Shown here in pieces: positions 9,804-18,819 of a DNA stretch of 64,000 nt. Under the pieces are notes generated by a model. That model did not search any database, was not told where the DNA came from, and saw only the letters and a program-made list of their open reading frames with translations. Every line of letters begins with the position of its first letter. The first letter of the stretch is position 1. This stretch comes from Flavobacteriales bacterium (GTDB lineage: Bacteria > Bacteroidota > Bacteroidia > Palsa-965): NCBI GenBank assembly GCA_040377305.1, contig JBEIPA010000018.1:32001-96000 (forward strand). Reading direction: 5' to 3'. The position numbers and the translations under genes are program-made.

Positions 9804-11447
9804 ATGCATCAACTCTGGCAATTCATTGCAGGCATTGGCTTATTCCTGTTCGCGCTTCATCTGATGGAATCATCATTGAAAGTGCTTGCAGGACGTACGT
9901 TCAAAGTTTTTCTTCGTAAGCATACGAGCAATACGTTAGAAGCACTTGGTAGTAGTGCTTTGGTAACCGGAATCCTTCAGAGCAGTTCGGTCGTGATTAT
10001 GATCATCCTGACATTCGTTGGCGTTGGAATCGTGTCCTTGCGAAATGCACTTGCGGTAACAATTGGTTCCAATTTCGGCACAACGCTCGACAGTTGGTTA
10101 GTTGCGACAGTCGGTTTCAAAATTGAAATTGACATCATTGCTCTACCAGTCATAGGTATCGCCGCAATTGTGATGATCTTCCTTGACAGTGAAAGAAAAG
10201 TGTTTCACTTGTTTCGCTTTCTTCTCGGGTTCGGTTTTCTGTTTCTCGGACTCGACTTCATGAAGGAAAGCATGACCGCAATATTCGAAGGATTTGACGT
10301 CGCGCAATTCGAAGGATATCCACGAATTGTTTTCGTAGCGTTGGGATTCGTCCTTACTTCATTAATTCAATCCAGTTCAGCTTCCATGGCCATATTTCTC
10401 AGCGCACTGCATACGGGAGCGATTCCTTTCGAAGCAACCGTGGCTGCAGTAATCGGAAGTGAACTTGCTGGTTCCGTGAAAGTGATTATCGGGTCCATTG
10501 GTGGTATTGCGGCGAAGTGGCAACTCGCAATCGGGAATGCCGTATTCAATTTCGTGATGTGTACAATCGCATTCATCTTCATGGATGGCTATATGTTTAT
10601 TGCCGGTACAATCACCGGAAAGGATCAGCTGTTGCAACTTGTTGCTTTTCAAAGCGGAATAAATCTGGTTGGGGTCATTCTATTTGCACCATTCCTGAAT
10701 TGGTTCGCGAGACTCCTCGAAAAATATGTAGGTGGGAAAGAAAAGCACTCATCATTTGTGATTGGGAAAGAGTTGCTGAAAGTTCCTGTTATGGCTATGG
10801 ATGCGCTTGTGCAGGATTCCGAATTGCTGATTCACCGCGTACTGAGATTAAACCTGGAGGCCTTTGCAACCGATCCTAAAATGTCACACGCCCGATCTGA
10901 AATCAGGATTGCAATTGATGAACGCAACAAGAAGCTGAAGTCGTACGACAAGAAATACGACGATATAAAAAAATCAGAAGGTGAAATTCTGATATATGCG
11001 CTCAAGTTCAAAGAGACGAACCCGGAAGAAAAGCGACGCATTGATGAACTACTCAAGTCTATTCGTCATGCCATGTACTCTGCTAAATCCATGAAAGACG
11101 TTATGCACAATCGCATTGAGTTTCACGAATCAGCAGACGATGTCAAATTCCGGCATTACATCGATTTCAGAAAACGGCATGAAGACTTCTACAAACTCAT
11201 CAATAAAAAAGTCAATTCAGAGAAACCTTCTGATTTTCACAGCCTGATTCACACCGCACTTGAAGATTATAACGAACGAATGGTGCATATCGTTGATGCT
11301 GCGAAGAAAGAAAAGTTGAGTCCGGAAGACGTTTCGTCCTTGTTGAATGTCAATCGTGAATTGTACACGTCATGCAAAACTGCAGTTCAGGCATTGCAAC
11401 TTTTTCACGAAGGCGATCCGGACAACCAGATCGGTTCTATACCTTAA
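9804..11447 (+). CDS. Na/Pi cotransporter family protein
   Basis: GIGLFLFAL, duplicated TGILQSSS / TSLIQSSSAS motifs, GSNFGTT; helical soluble C-terminus. Confidence 0.9.
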   Translation: MHQLWQFIAGIGLFLFALHLMESSLKVLAGRTFKVFLRKHTSNTLEALGSSALVTGILQSSSVVIMIILTFVGVGIVSLRNALAVTIGSNFGTTLDSWLVATVGFKIEIDIIALPVIGIAAIVMIFLDSERKVFHLFRFLLGFGFLFLGLDFMKESMTAIFEGFDVAQFEGYPRIVFVALGFVLTSLIQSSSASMAIFLSALHTGAIPFEATVAAVIGSELAGSVKVIIGSIGGIAAKWQLAIGNAVFNFVMCTIAFIFMDGYMFIAGTITGKDQLLQLVAFQSGINLVGVILFAPFLNWFARLLEKYVGGKEKHSSFVIGKELLKVPVMAMDALVQDSELLIHRVLRLNLEAFATDPKMSHARSEIRIAIDERNKKLKSYDKKYDDIKKSEGEILIYALKFKETNPEEKRRIDELLKSIRHAMYSAKSMKDVMHNRIEFHESADDVKFRHYIDFRKRHEDFYKLINKKVNSEKPSDFHSLIHTALEDYNERMVHIVDAAKKEKLSPEDVSSLLNVNRELYTSCKTAVQALQLFHEGDPDNQIGSIP

Positions 11448-11458
11448 ATACGACGATT

Positions 11459-12208
11459 ATGCTAAGCAAGAAACGCCAACAACAGTATTTTCTCCAGCGA
11501 TGGAGTTCGATACTTCATCATTTTGAACAGTTCGCACGTCGTACAAACGCCGATGATCTTCACCGAATTAGAGTAGAGCTAAAGAAAATCCGGGCCATGC
11601 TGTTCTTACATGAAGAAACAGGTGGTTCTGTATCGAAACGTGAACACCAGCTTGTTCGATCCATATTCAAACAAGCGGGTAAAATTCGCGATGCCCAAAT
11701 CAGCGCACACCTCGTTAAAGAAGCAGGTGTAGTTTCTATTGAGTTCTTTACAGAACATCGTAAGACAGTAGCAACTGAATCAAGAAAATTTGTGAAGCTA
11801 TTTAATGGCGAAGCAAACCACATGGTCAAGGAGAATACGAAAGTGTGGAAATCACTGAAGAACATTTCTTCCGGGGAACTGGAGAAATTATTCGCGAAGT
11901 TGTGGCTTAAAGTACAGAAGAGCTACGTCCCGAAATTGGTTCAGAAAGAATTACATGATTCCCGAAAGATCATCAAACGAATAGTCTACATCCATTCCAT
12001 GTTGAAGAACAAAGACATCAAAAAATTCGGTCTTGAAATTGAGCAAATGAAAATGCTCGAGGAAAATGTGGGTAACTGGAATGACACCAAAGTTACCGCT
12101 ATGTTACTGAAGAAAATTTCGGGAAGTGCGGTTCAACGTAAGAAACTAACCGCGATTAGTACCGATAGGCTTGAAAAAGTCCAAAAAACGGCCAACTCCC
12201 TATTCTAA
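11459..12208 (+). CDS. CHAD domain protein (polyphosphate-binding family)
   Basis: LHRIRVELKKIRA, AGKIRD, LHDSRKIIKRIVY, VGNWND; highly basic; ATG at 11459 follows the upstream stop. Confidence 0.8.
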   Translation: MLSKKRQQQYFLQRWSSILHHFEQFARRTNADDLHRIRVELKKIRAMLFLHEETGGSVSKREHQLVRSIFKQAGKIRDAQISAHLVKEAGVVSIEFFTEHRKTVATESRKFVKLFNGEANHMVKENTKVWKSLKNISSGELEKLFAKLWLKVQKSYVPKLVQKELHDSRKIIKRIVYIHSMLKNKDIKKFGLEIEQMKMLEENVGNWNDTKVTAMLLKKISGSAVQRKKLTAISTDRLEKVQKTANSLF

Positions 12209-12322
12209 GTTCGACCAACTCCGGCTCAACACCTATCTGTCAGGGAAAATCGGCGACCTATACATTTCTTCACTCAAATAATTTGAGATATATTTAGGTC
12301 GCTGCCCTGGATAAGATTAAAT

Positions 12323-12365
12323 AAAAAGTGGAGCAACTGCCCGCCCCCTTGCAGACAGTCGCTCC
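12323..12365 (-). terminator. Intrinsic terminator downstream of the 21-aa ORF
   Basis: Minus strand GGAGCGACTG...CAGTTGCTCC stem followed by ACTTTTTATTT. Confidence 0.65.
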
Positions 12366-12393
12366 GGAGAAAAACTAGCGCTTAATCTCTCTA

Positions 12394-12459
12394 TTAGAAT
12401 CCGAGGTTATCAGTAGTGATAATGCGGACAATGTCGTTGATGAGTGTAATGATTTCCAT
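12394..12459 (-). CDS. Candidate small peptide MEIITLINDIVRIITTDNLGF (21 aa)
   Basis: ATG..TAA TAG double stop, A/C-rich leader (ATAAACAACTACACATT-ATG), terminator directly downstream, divergent from the 12570 gene. Confidence 0.6.
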   Translation of the reverse strand: MEIITLINDIVRIITTDNLGF

Positions 12460-12569
12460 AATGTGTAGTTGTTTATGGATCCAAAATTCCTCTGAAACGG
12501 ATGGTTTTGTTAGAAGAAATAAGCGCGTTTTTGACATTCACTTAAATCGCTGTTTTACAGTAATTTACA

Positions 12570-14114
12570 ATGGAAGTAGTCGAATCAATTCAACGAATCA
12601 CCAGCCGTCTCACTGAGGAAGAGACGAGCACTGCAAGGGCCTATCTCACTGTCTTTAGCCAGAAAGGTAAAGAAGCGCGTGCGATACGGATGTTTGAAAT
12701 GATTGTTGAACACAATCAAAACAACAACAAGCAGCCTCTTGATTTCAAACAACTGGAGATTACGTTATACGGAGCTCCTTCTGCTACCAACTTCACCCGA
12801 CTCGCTTACAGACTGAGAGAAAAAATTCTTGAATCACTTGTTCTGGATGTCAATGCAAACCGCGAAGGCGCATATGACGATCGTACAAAGATCAACATCG
12901 AAGTCAGAAAAAATATCACGCAGGCACAAATTCTACAGAGTCGTGGCTTGCATGACATTTCAGAAGTCATTCTGGAAACAGTAATCAAGCAGTGCAAGAA
13001 ATATGAAATCCTGGAAGAGTTGCTGCTTGCAATCCGATTGCTCATTAATCTTCGTCGTGCTGAAGACGGAACAAAATTTTTAAAGAACTGGCTCGCAACT
13101 TATGAGAAGTTCGATTACATGAAGAGTGCGCTCATGAGGGCAGAAGCGAACATGTGTCTTGTGCACGCCGAACTCGATTTCAAAGCCGGTGAAAAAGCAA
13201 AAGCCGATTGGCTGAAACCTTTTCTGGATGAAATGATTGTTGATTACCGCAAAACATCTTGTGCACACATTGGCTTCAACTATTTTTATCTGCAGGCTCA
13301 GTACTTCCAGATCATTCGCGATTACCGCAATGCAAGAAAAGCCTTAGAAGACAACCACAATCTTCTGGAAACACATCCGAGTATTTTCACGAAAATCCGT
13401 GCGGGCAATGTATTGTCAAATATTGCCGACAATGATTTGTACCTCCGACAATTTGCGCGCTGCCAGAAAACTGCTGTGAAAGCGATGCAACATTTCAAAG
13501 AGACGAGTTTCAATCATCAGCAGGCCATTGAGCTTGTTTTCTATTCGCACTATTATCGCGGCGATTACAAAACAGCCAAGGAAACACTGGACCAGCTATT
13601 GCCCGACACAGAAGTATTGAGTGATCTGAAGTATCAGCAAGGTAAACGCATTTATCTGCTTGCCTGTACACATTTCATGATGCGTAACTACAACGTAACG
13701 CTGAAGCTGCTGAATCGAATTACGAATCCTATTGAGGCAGATAAAGAAGGATGGAATATCGGCTTGCGCATACTTACTATTATGACGTTGATCGAGTTGG
13801 AGAAATTCGACGAAGCAACTTCACGAATTGCAGCTTTGAAATCATTCATCGATTCGGTTGGAAAAGACGGCATCACTGATCGTGCACTTTCTATTCTCAC
13901 GCTCTTACGCAAATTGAGCAATGCTTCTTTTGACTTTAAAGTCGTGCACCAGAAAGAAAAAGAAAGAATCGAAGCACTGAGTGAACTGGAATGGACACCG
14001 AAATCGCCGGAAATGGTAATGGTTGATCAGTGGTTGCGTTCGAAAATTCTCAAGAAGCCACTCGAACTTGCACTCTCAGTTGAGGAAGGCACGCAGAAAG
14101 TCAGCGCGTCCTAG
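12570..14114 (+). CDS. Helical/TPR-like hypothetical protein, apparently the same broad type as 2225-3712
   Basis: 514 aa, no signal peptide, TPR-like helices (YRNARKALE, YKTAKETLDQ, FDEATSRI), N-terminal IQRITSRLTEEE, C-terminal VDQWLRSKI. Confidence 0.7.
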   Translation: MEVVESIQRITSRLTEEETSTARAYLTVFSQKGKEARAIRMFEMIVEHNQNNNKQPLDFKQLEITLYGAPSATNFTRLAYRLREKILESLVLDVNANREGAYDDRTKINIEVRKNITQAQILQSRGLHDISEVILETVIKQCKKYEILEELLLAIRLLINLRRAEDGTKFLKNWLATYEKFDYMKSALMRAEANMCLVHAELDFKAGEKAKADWLKPFLDEMIVDYRKTSCAHIGFNYFYLQAQYFQIIRDYRNARKALEDNHNLLETHPSIFTKIRAGNVLSNIADNDLYLRQFARCQKTAVKAMQHFKETSFNHQQAIELVFYSHYYRGDYKTAKETLDQLLPDTEVLSDLKYQQGKRIYLLACTHFMMRNYNVTLKLLNRITNPIEADKEGWNIGLRILTIMTLIELEKFDEATSRIAALKSFIDSVGKDGITDRALSILTLLRKLSNASFDFKVVHQKEKERIEALSELEWTPKSPEMVMVDQWLRSKILKKPLELALSVEEGTQKVSAS

Positions 14115-14319
14115 ATGAATTAATTTGCACTTCGGATTTGATTTTGCTTGCGAATTTACTGAGGTAAATTTTCCACAGGCAAATCACATCACTTTGGTTT
14201 TCCAGAGCAACCACTCCCCGCGTCTAAGTCAAAAATGCACATTCCTGGTTTTTCTCATGTGGAACTAGCACTACGTTATGCTAATAATGCAGTGGTATGT
14301 GATTTGAATCAACATTGCA

Positions 14320-14760
14320 ATGAAACAGCCCGAATTAAAACCCAAAGGCGTTTTCGTTATTGTTGACGAAAACAAGTACATGCACAAAATCTATCTGAGA
14401 TGTCTGAAAGAGCTGAAGCTGGATAATCAGGTGGTGAGTTGCCATAATGGTCAGGAAGCATTTTCCTATCTGAAAGACACGAAGGATAAAATATTTATGA
14501 TTTTGTCTGAGATAACCATGCCCAAAATAGATGGACATGAACTGAAACGCATGATTAACATGACACCGGAGTTGCATTCAAAAGCAATCCCATTTTTCTA
14601 TTTATCCGAAGTGCACCTCGAAGCTGTGATTAAAGCTGCCTATGGAATGGGAATTCAGGGTTATTTCCGGAAGTCGGCTGACATTGAGAAACTCCTAAAG
14701 ATTCTCACGTGCATCTTTGATTTTTGGACTCTTTGTGTTCATCCAAAAAATTTGAAGTGA
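14320..14760 (+). CDS. Single-domain response regulator receiver, atypical (phosphoacceptor Asp replaced by Glu)
   Basis: VIVDE, HNGQEA, MILSEITMPKIDG (canonical SDIxMP), GYFRK. Confidence 0.85.
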   Translation: MKQPELKPKGVFVIVDENKYMHKIYLRCLKELKLDNQVVSCHNGQEAFSYLKDTKDKIFMILSEITMPKIDGHELKRMINMTPELHSKAIPFFYLSEVHLEAVIKAAYGMGIQGYFRKSADIEKLLKILTCIFDFWTLCVHPKNLK

Positions 14761-14874
14761 AGTTGATTTGACTTTGCCGGCATTGTGCGATTTCAGTCGC
14801 GCTACAATATTGTCCGTAGAACCGTAGTAATATTTACCGTCTTTTTCGCTTTTCAGTATGTAGGTAAAATACAT
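14761..14874 (-). pseudogene. Truncated GIY-YIG nuclease (YazA-like), N-terminal half only
   Basis: MYFTYILKSEKDGKYYYGSTDNIVARLKSHNAGKVKST; similarity ends at the stop codon of the convergent receiver gene. Confidence 0.75.
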
Positions 14875-14998
14875 GTTACAGTAACGAAAATATGAATCGC
14901 AAAATGAGCAACCAAACTCAGAGGCAGACTTCTGAAACTTGAACTCCATCCTCTTAAAAACAAACGCCCCGCCGAAAAAGGCGGGGCGATAAAATGTT

Positions 14999-15017
14999 TG
15001 GCGGAGAGCGAGGGATT
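14999..15017 (-). repeat. Duplicate of the tRNA-Ser 3' end (att-like), with CCA
   Basis: Minus strand AATCCCTCGCTCTCCGCCA; 17 bp identical to 15179-15195. Confidence 0.85.
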
Positions 15018-15179
15018 AACTGCCTTGATCCTTGATCTCCCATTTCGAGAATCATTTTCTTTTCCGCTGCGCTACTTTTTGTTTTCTACAGTTCCTTCTC
15101 CGAGCGAAAAGCTCGATCCGTTACTGCACAAAACAAAAATCCCCGCCAAAAAGGCGGGGAAAAGAAATTGATTCATCTG

Positions 15180-15264
15180 CGGAGAGCGAGGGATTCGAAC
15201 CCCCGGACCTGTTACAGTCAACAGTTTTCAAGACTGCCGCGATCGACCACTCTGCCAGCTCTCC
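15180..15264 (-). tRNA. tRNA-Ser(TGA)
   Basis: GGAGAGCTGGCAGAGTGGTCGATCGCGGCAGTCTTGAAAACTG..long variable arm..GGTTCGAATCCCTCGCTCTCCG; TACTTTTG promoter box upstream. Confidence 0.97.
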
Positions 15265-15528
15265 GGGGGCAAAAGTAACAATCTGAACTAATTCAAAAAC
15301 ATGAAATCTTACTTTTCCTCGTTTTTTAAGCGCATTTCGTCGGTACTATCTGATGCTGCGGTAGATATATCAGAAATAATTGTACCTTTGCCCTTGTAAA
15401 ATCAGATCTGTCTCTAAAAACAGATTACAAGAACAAATAATTATACTGTCAAACCTTCTAGTGTTTAGACACTCAATTTTGCTGATTAGCTGAGTTTTTT
15501 TTCCTTAGATACGATCCCTTATTTTTTA

Positions 15529-16659
15529 ATGAATTTCAATGAACTAAACCTGATCACTCCAATCCTGGAGTCGCTCAGCAAATTAAATTACACAACTCCC
15601 ACACCCATTCAGGTTCAATCAATTCCACATTTGCTGGAAGGAAAAGACATTTTTGGATGTGCACAGACCGGTACCGGCAAAACTGCTGCCTTCGCAATTC
15701 CAATTTTGCAGCTTCTTAGCCAATCCGGCAACAAGTCGAATCACATTAAAGCATTGATCCTCGCACCAACACGCGAACTGGCTTTGCAGATTGATAAGTC
15801 ATTCGAAGATTATGGCAAAAACCTCGGACTTCGCCATGCGGTGGTTTTCGGTGGTGTAAACCAAAGCAGTCAGGTAAATGCGGTTCGCCGTGGACTTGAT
15901 ATTCTGGTAGCAACGCCTGGACGTCTTCTGGATCTTATGAATCAGGGTTTCATCAAACTGAATACAATTGAGTATTTCGTACTTGACGAAGCTGATCGCA
16001 TGCTCGACATGGGATTCATCAATGACATTAAGAAAATCATTGCGAAACTTCCAACTCAGAATCGTCAAACAATGTTCTTCTCGGCTACTGTTACGCCGGA
16101 GATCATGAAATTGGCGAATACTCTTCTTAAGAATCCCGTAAAAGTGAGCGTAACTCCGGTTTCAACTCCGGCAGAAACGGTTCAACAATCGGTATTCTAC
16201 GTTCAGAAAGAGAATAAACGCTCTTTGTTGAAGCACGTTATTACGACAAACACGATTAACCATGCCCTGGTTTTCACCCGCACCAAGCGTGGGGCTGACC
16301 GTGTGGCTAAAGAATTGAACAAAAACGGCATAAAAGCAGAGGCAATTCATGGCGATAAGTCGCAAAATGCCCGCGTTCGTGCCCTGGATGGCTTCAAAAA
16401 CCGCAAAATAAACGTTTTGGTGGCTACGGATATCGCAGCACGCGGAATTGACGTAGATAAGCTGACCCATGTGATCAATTATGAGATCCCGGAGACGCCA
16501 GAAACGTATGTTCATAGGATTGGTCGTACCGGACGTGCGGGCGAATCAGGATTTGCACTATCTTTCTGCTCGATTGATGAGCAGGATTATATGAAAGACA
16601 TTAAAAAGCTCATCCGCAAAAACATCGAGGTAGTGGAAAATCACCCTTGGTCTAACTAA
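15529..16659 (+). CDS. DEAD-box RNA helicase (RhlE-like)
   Basis: AQTGTGKT, PTRELA, DEADRMLDMGF, SAT, HRIGRTGRAG. Confidence 0.95.
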   Translation: MNFNELNLITPILESLSKLNYTTPTPIQVQSIPHLLEGKDIFGCAQTGTGKTAAFAIPILQLLSQSGNKSNHIKALILAPTRELALQIDKSFEDYGKNLGLRHAVVFGGVNQSSQVNAVRRGLDILVATPGRLLDLMNQGFIKLNTIEYFVLDEADRMLDMGFINDIKKIIAKLPTQNRQTMFFSATVTPEIMKLANTLLKNPVKVSVTPVSTPAETVQQSVFYVQKENKRSLLKHVITTNTINHALVFTRTKRGADRVAKELNKNGIKAEAIHGDKSQNARVRALDGFKNRKINVLVATDIAARGIDVDKLTHVINYEIPETPETYVHRIGRTGRAGESGFALSFCSIDEQDYMKDIKKLIRKNIEVVENHPWSN

Positions 16660-16704
16660 GTAATCAACAACAACAATTAATACAATCAATTAATCACAAC
16701 AACA

Positions 16705-16896
16705 ATGAAAAAAGGTACAGTTAAATTCTTCAACACAACTAAAGGTTTTGGATTCATTAAGGATGACGAAACTAACACAGAAATCTTCGTACACGTTACA
16801 GGATTGAAAGATGAAATTCGTGAGAACGACATCGTTGTGTTCGAAATTCAGGACGGACGTAAAGGGCCGAACGCTGTTAACGTGAAACTCGCGTAA
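16705..16896 (+). CDS. Cold-shock protein
   Basis: GTVKFFNTTKGFGFI, IFVHVT. Confidence 0.95.
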   Translation: MKKGTVKFFNTTKGFGFIKDDETNTEIFVHVTGLKDEIRENDIVVFEIQDGRKGPNAVNVKLA

Positions 16897-16923
16897 TCAG
16901 ACTCGGAGATGATATATCTCTCA

Positions 16924-16951
16924 AGGCGGACTTCGGTCCGCCTTTTTTTTT
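16924..16951 (+). terminator. Intrinsic terminator
   Basis: AGGCGGAC-TTCG-GTCCGCCT followed by a T run. Confidence 0.9.
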
Positions 16952-16971
16952 GCCGTAGATGAAGCGGTGAA

Positions 16972-17174
16972 AAATGGAACACGGATTTTGATGCCCTTTG
17001 TTTTCTAACGTCAAGAAAGGATGAGTTCGGTAAATTCAGAGTTCGGTTGGCGGATCCCATGAGATAAACTCAAGCCTATCTCATTAAATCCAATAGCGAA
17101 AACGAAAAGTTCAACCGTAGTCATCCGAGCAAGCCCACTAAACACTAGCGGACTTCAAAATCCGCGTTCCATTT
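16972..17174. repeat. ~200-bp inverted-repeat/rod-like element, copy A
   Basis: Terminal inverted repeat AAATGGAACACGGATTTTGA / TCAAAATCCGCGTTCCATTT; homologous to 44697-44896. Confidence 0.8.
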
Positions 17175-17319
17175 CAACCTCGCCAGATAACGCGCAATTT
17201 GAACCAGTTAAAACATCGCGGTTCTTATTGGGCAAATCCGATTCGGATTCCCCTCTGGTATTCGTAACTTTACTGTACCATTTTCGAATGATGAACCTTA
17301 CCATCCTGAAATTAAAAAC

Positions 17320-18819
17320 ATGAAGAAGGCGACTCTTGTTTTAGCTGCGGTTTTAGCGTTTTATTTTCTTTCTGCTCGCGAGCTTACTGCAAATCTCACG
17401 TCTGCTGCATTCAGCACTCCTGACAATAACACATACGTTGAAACATATCTTTCCATCATCGGAAATTCTGTTCACTATGTGAAAAACAAAAACGGACGTT
17501 ACCAGGCTGCTGTTGACATTCGTATGTCGGTGATGAAAGGTGATTCACTGAAAGATTACCGCAAGTACGTTCTCAATAGTCCGGAAACCGACGACACAAC
17601 GAAGGTTCCTAACTTCCTCGATCTGCAGCGATTCACTTTGCCAATCGGTCTGTATCAACTTACGATTACAATGTTCGATGTAAATCGCCCGACACAACGC
17701 GTAATTACCAATGGCCGTTCGCTTGTAGTTGACATTGACCCCGATTCAGTTTCTCTTTCGCAGATTGAAATGCTCGAGAGTTATTCGAAATCAGCTAACC
17801 AGAGTGTGCTTACTAAAAGCGGATATGATCTCATTCCGTATGTAGCAAACCTGTATCCCGGCAACATGGCCAATCTTTCTTTCTACGGTGAAGTTTACAA
17901 CACGAAGAAAGTAATGAATGATCAAAAGTTCCTCGTGTTGTATTACATCGAAGGAGCTGAAACGCGTACGAAGATGACTGACTACAATACGTTTCAGAAG
18001 TTTAGCGCTGCGCCGGTGAATTCAATCCTGTATACGTTCGACATTTCGAAATTGCCGAGTGGGAATTACAATCTCGTAGTTGAAGTTCGCAACGCACAGA
18101 ATCGTTTGATGAGTATGCGTTCTGTTGCATTCGAGCGATTCAACCCCGGAATGCAAATCAAGCTTTCGGATATTGCCAGCATTAGCGTTGAAAACACATT
18201 CGCGGCAAAAATCACCAGTGTAGATACGCTCACTGATTATATCCGCAGTCTCGGTCCGATAAGCACACAGAACGAAAAAGAGTTTGCTGAATCCTGCATT
18301 AAAAGCGGCGACATCAAACTCATGCAGCAATACTTCTTCAATTTCTGGCAGGTGCGTAATGAAACTACTCCGGAAGCGCAGTGGACTCTTTACAACCGCG
18401 AAGTACAGAAAGTGAACGCCAATTACGGAACACCAATCATGAAAGGTTATCAAACGGATCGTGGTCGCGTGTATCTCATGTACGGCCCGCCTGATCAGAT
18501 TATTGTAACGAACAGCGAACCAAGTTCATATCCGTATGAAGTGTGGCAGTACTACACGATTCGCGGAAGCGCAACGAACACGGATATTAATTCTCCGGGT
18601 AACACAACGCAGAGCAACAAGAAGTTTGTTTTTGCCAACTTCGATCTTGTGACGAACAACTACGTGCTTATTCACTCGGATGCACGCGGAGAAGTTCGCG
18701 ACGATCGCTGGAAGGTTCGCCTTACCAAGCGCGACAATGCCAACCCGAATCTCGATGACGGCAGTGCACCTGATCAGTATGGTGGACGTTCGAGTGATGT
18801 GTTTGACAATCCTCATTAG
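17320..18819 (+). CDS. GWxTD-domain protein
   Basis: Signal peptide; FFNFW..R..VNANY..GYQTDRGRVYLMYGPPD..YEVWQY. Confidence 0.85.
   Translation: MKKATLVLAAVLAFYFLSARELTANLTSAAFSTPDNNTYVETYLSIIGNSVHYVKNKNGRYQAAVDIRMSVMKGDSLKDYRKYVLNSPETDDTTKVPNFLDLQRFTLPIGLYQLTITMFDVNRPTQRVITNGRSLVVDIDPDSVSLSQIEMLESYSKSANQSVLTKSGYDLIPYVANLYPGNMANLSFYGEVYNTKKVMNDQKFLVLYYIEGAETRTKMTDYNTFQKFSAAPVNSILYTFDISKLPSGNYNLVVEVRNAQNRLMSMRSVAFERFNPGMQIKLSDIASISVENTFAAKITSVDTLTDYIRSLGPISTQNEKEFAESCIKSGDIKLMQQYFFNFWQVRNETTPEAQWTLYNREVQKVNANYGTPIMKGYQTDRGRVYLMYGPPDQIIVTNSEPSSYPYEVWQYYTIRGSATNTDINSPGNTTQSNKKFVFANFDLVTNNYVLIHSDARGEVRDDRWKVRLTKRDNANPNLDDGSAPDQYGGRSSDVFDNPH

Noticed and set aside
12416-12616. 66-aa plus-strand ORF
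   Set aside because: GTG start, overlaps the next gene, and lies antisense to the better-supported 21-aa ORF that has a terminator
9104-15264. Intact genomic island or prophage at tRNA-Ser
   Set aside because: No integrase or phage genes; the only att-like duplicate noticed is about 160 bp from the tRNA
15032-15286. 84-aa ORF on the plus strand
   Set aside because: Antisense shadow of tRNA-Ser (the AESEGFEP pattern)
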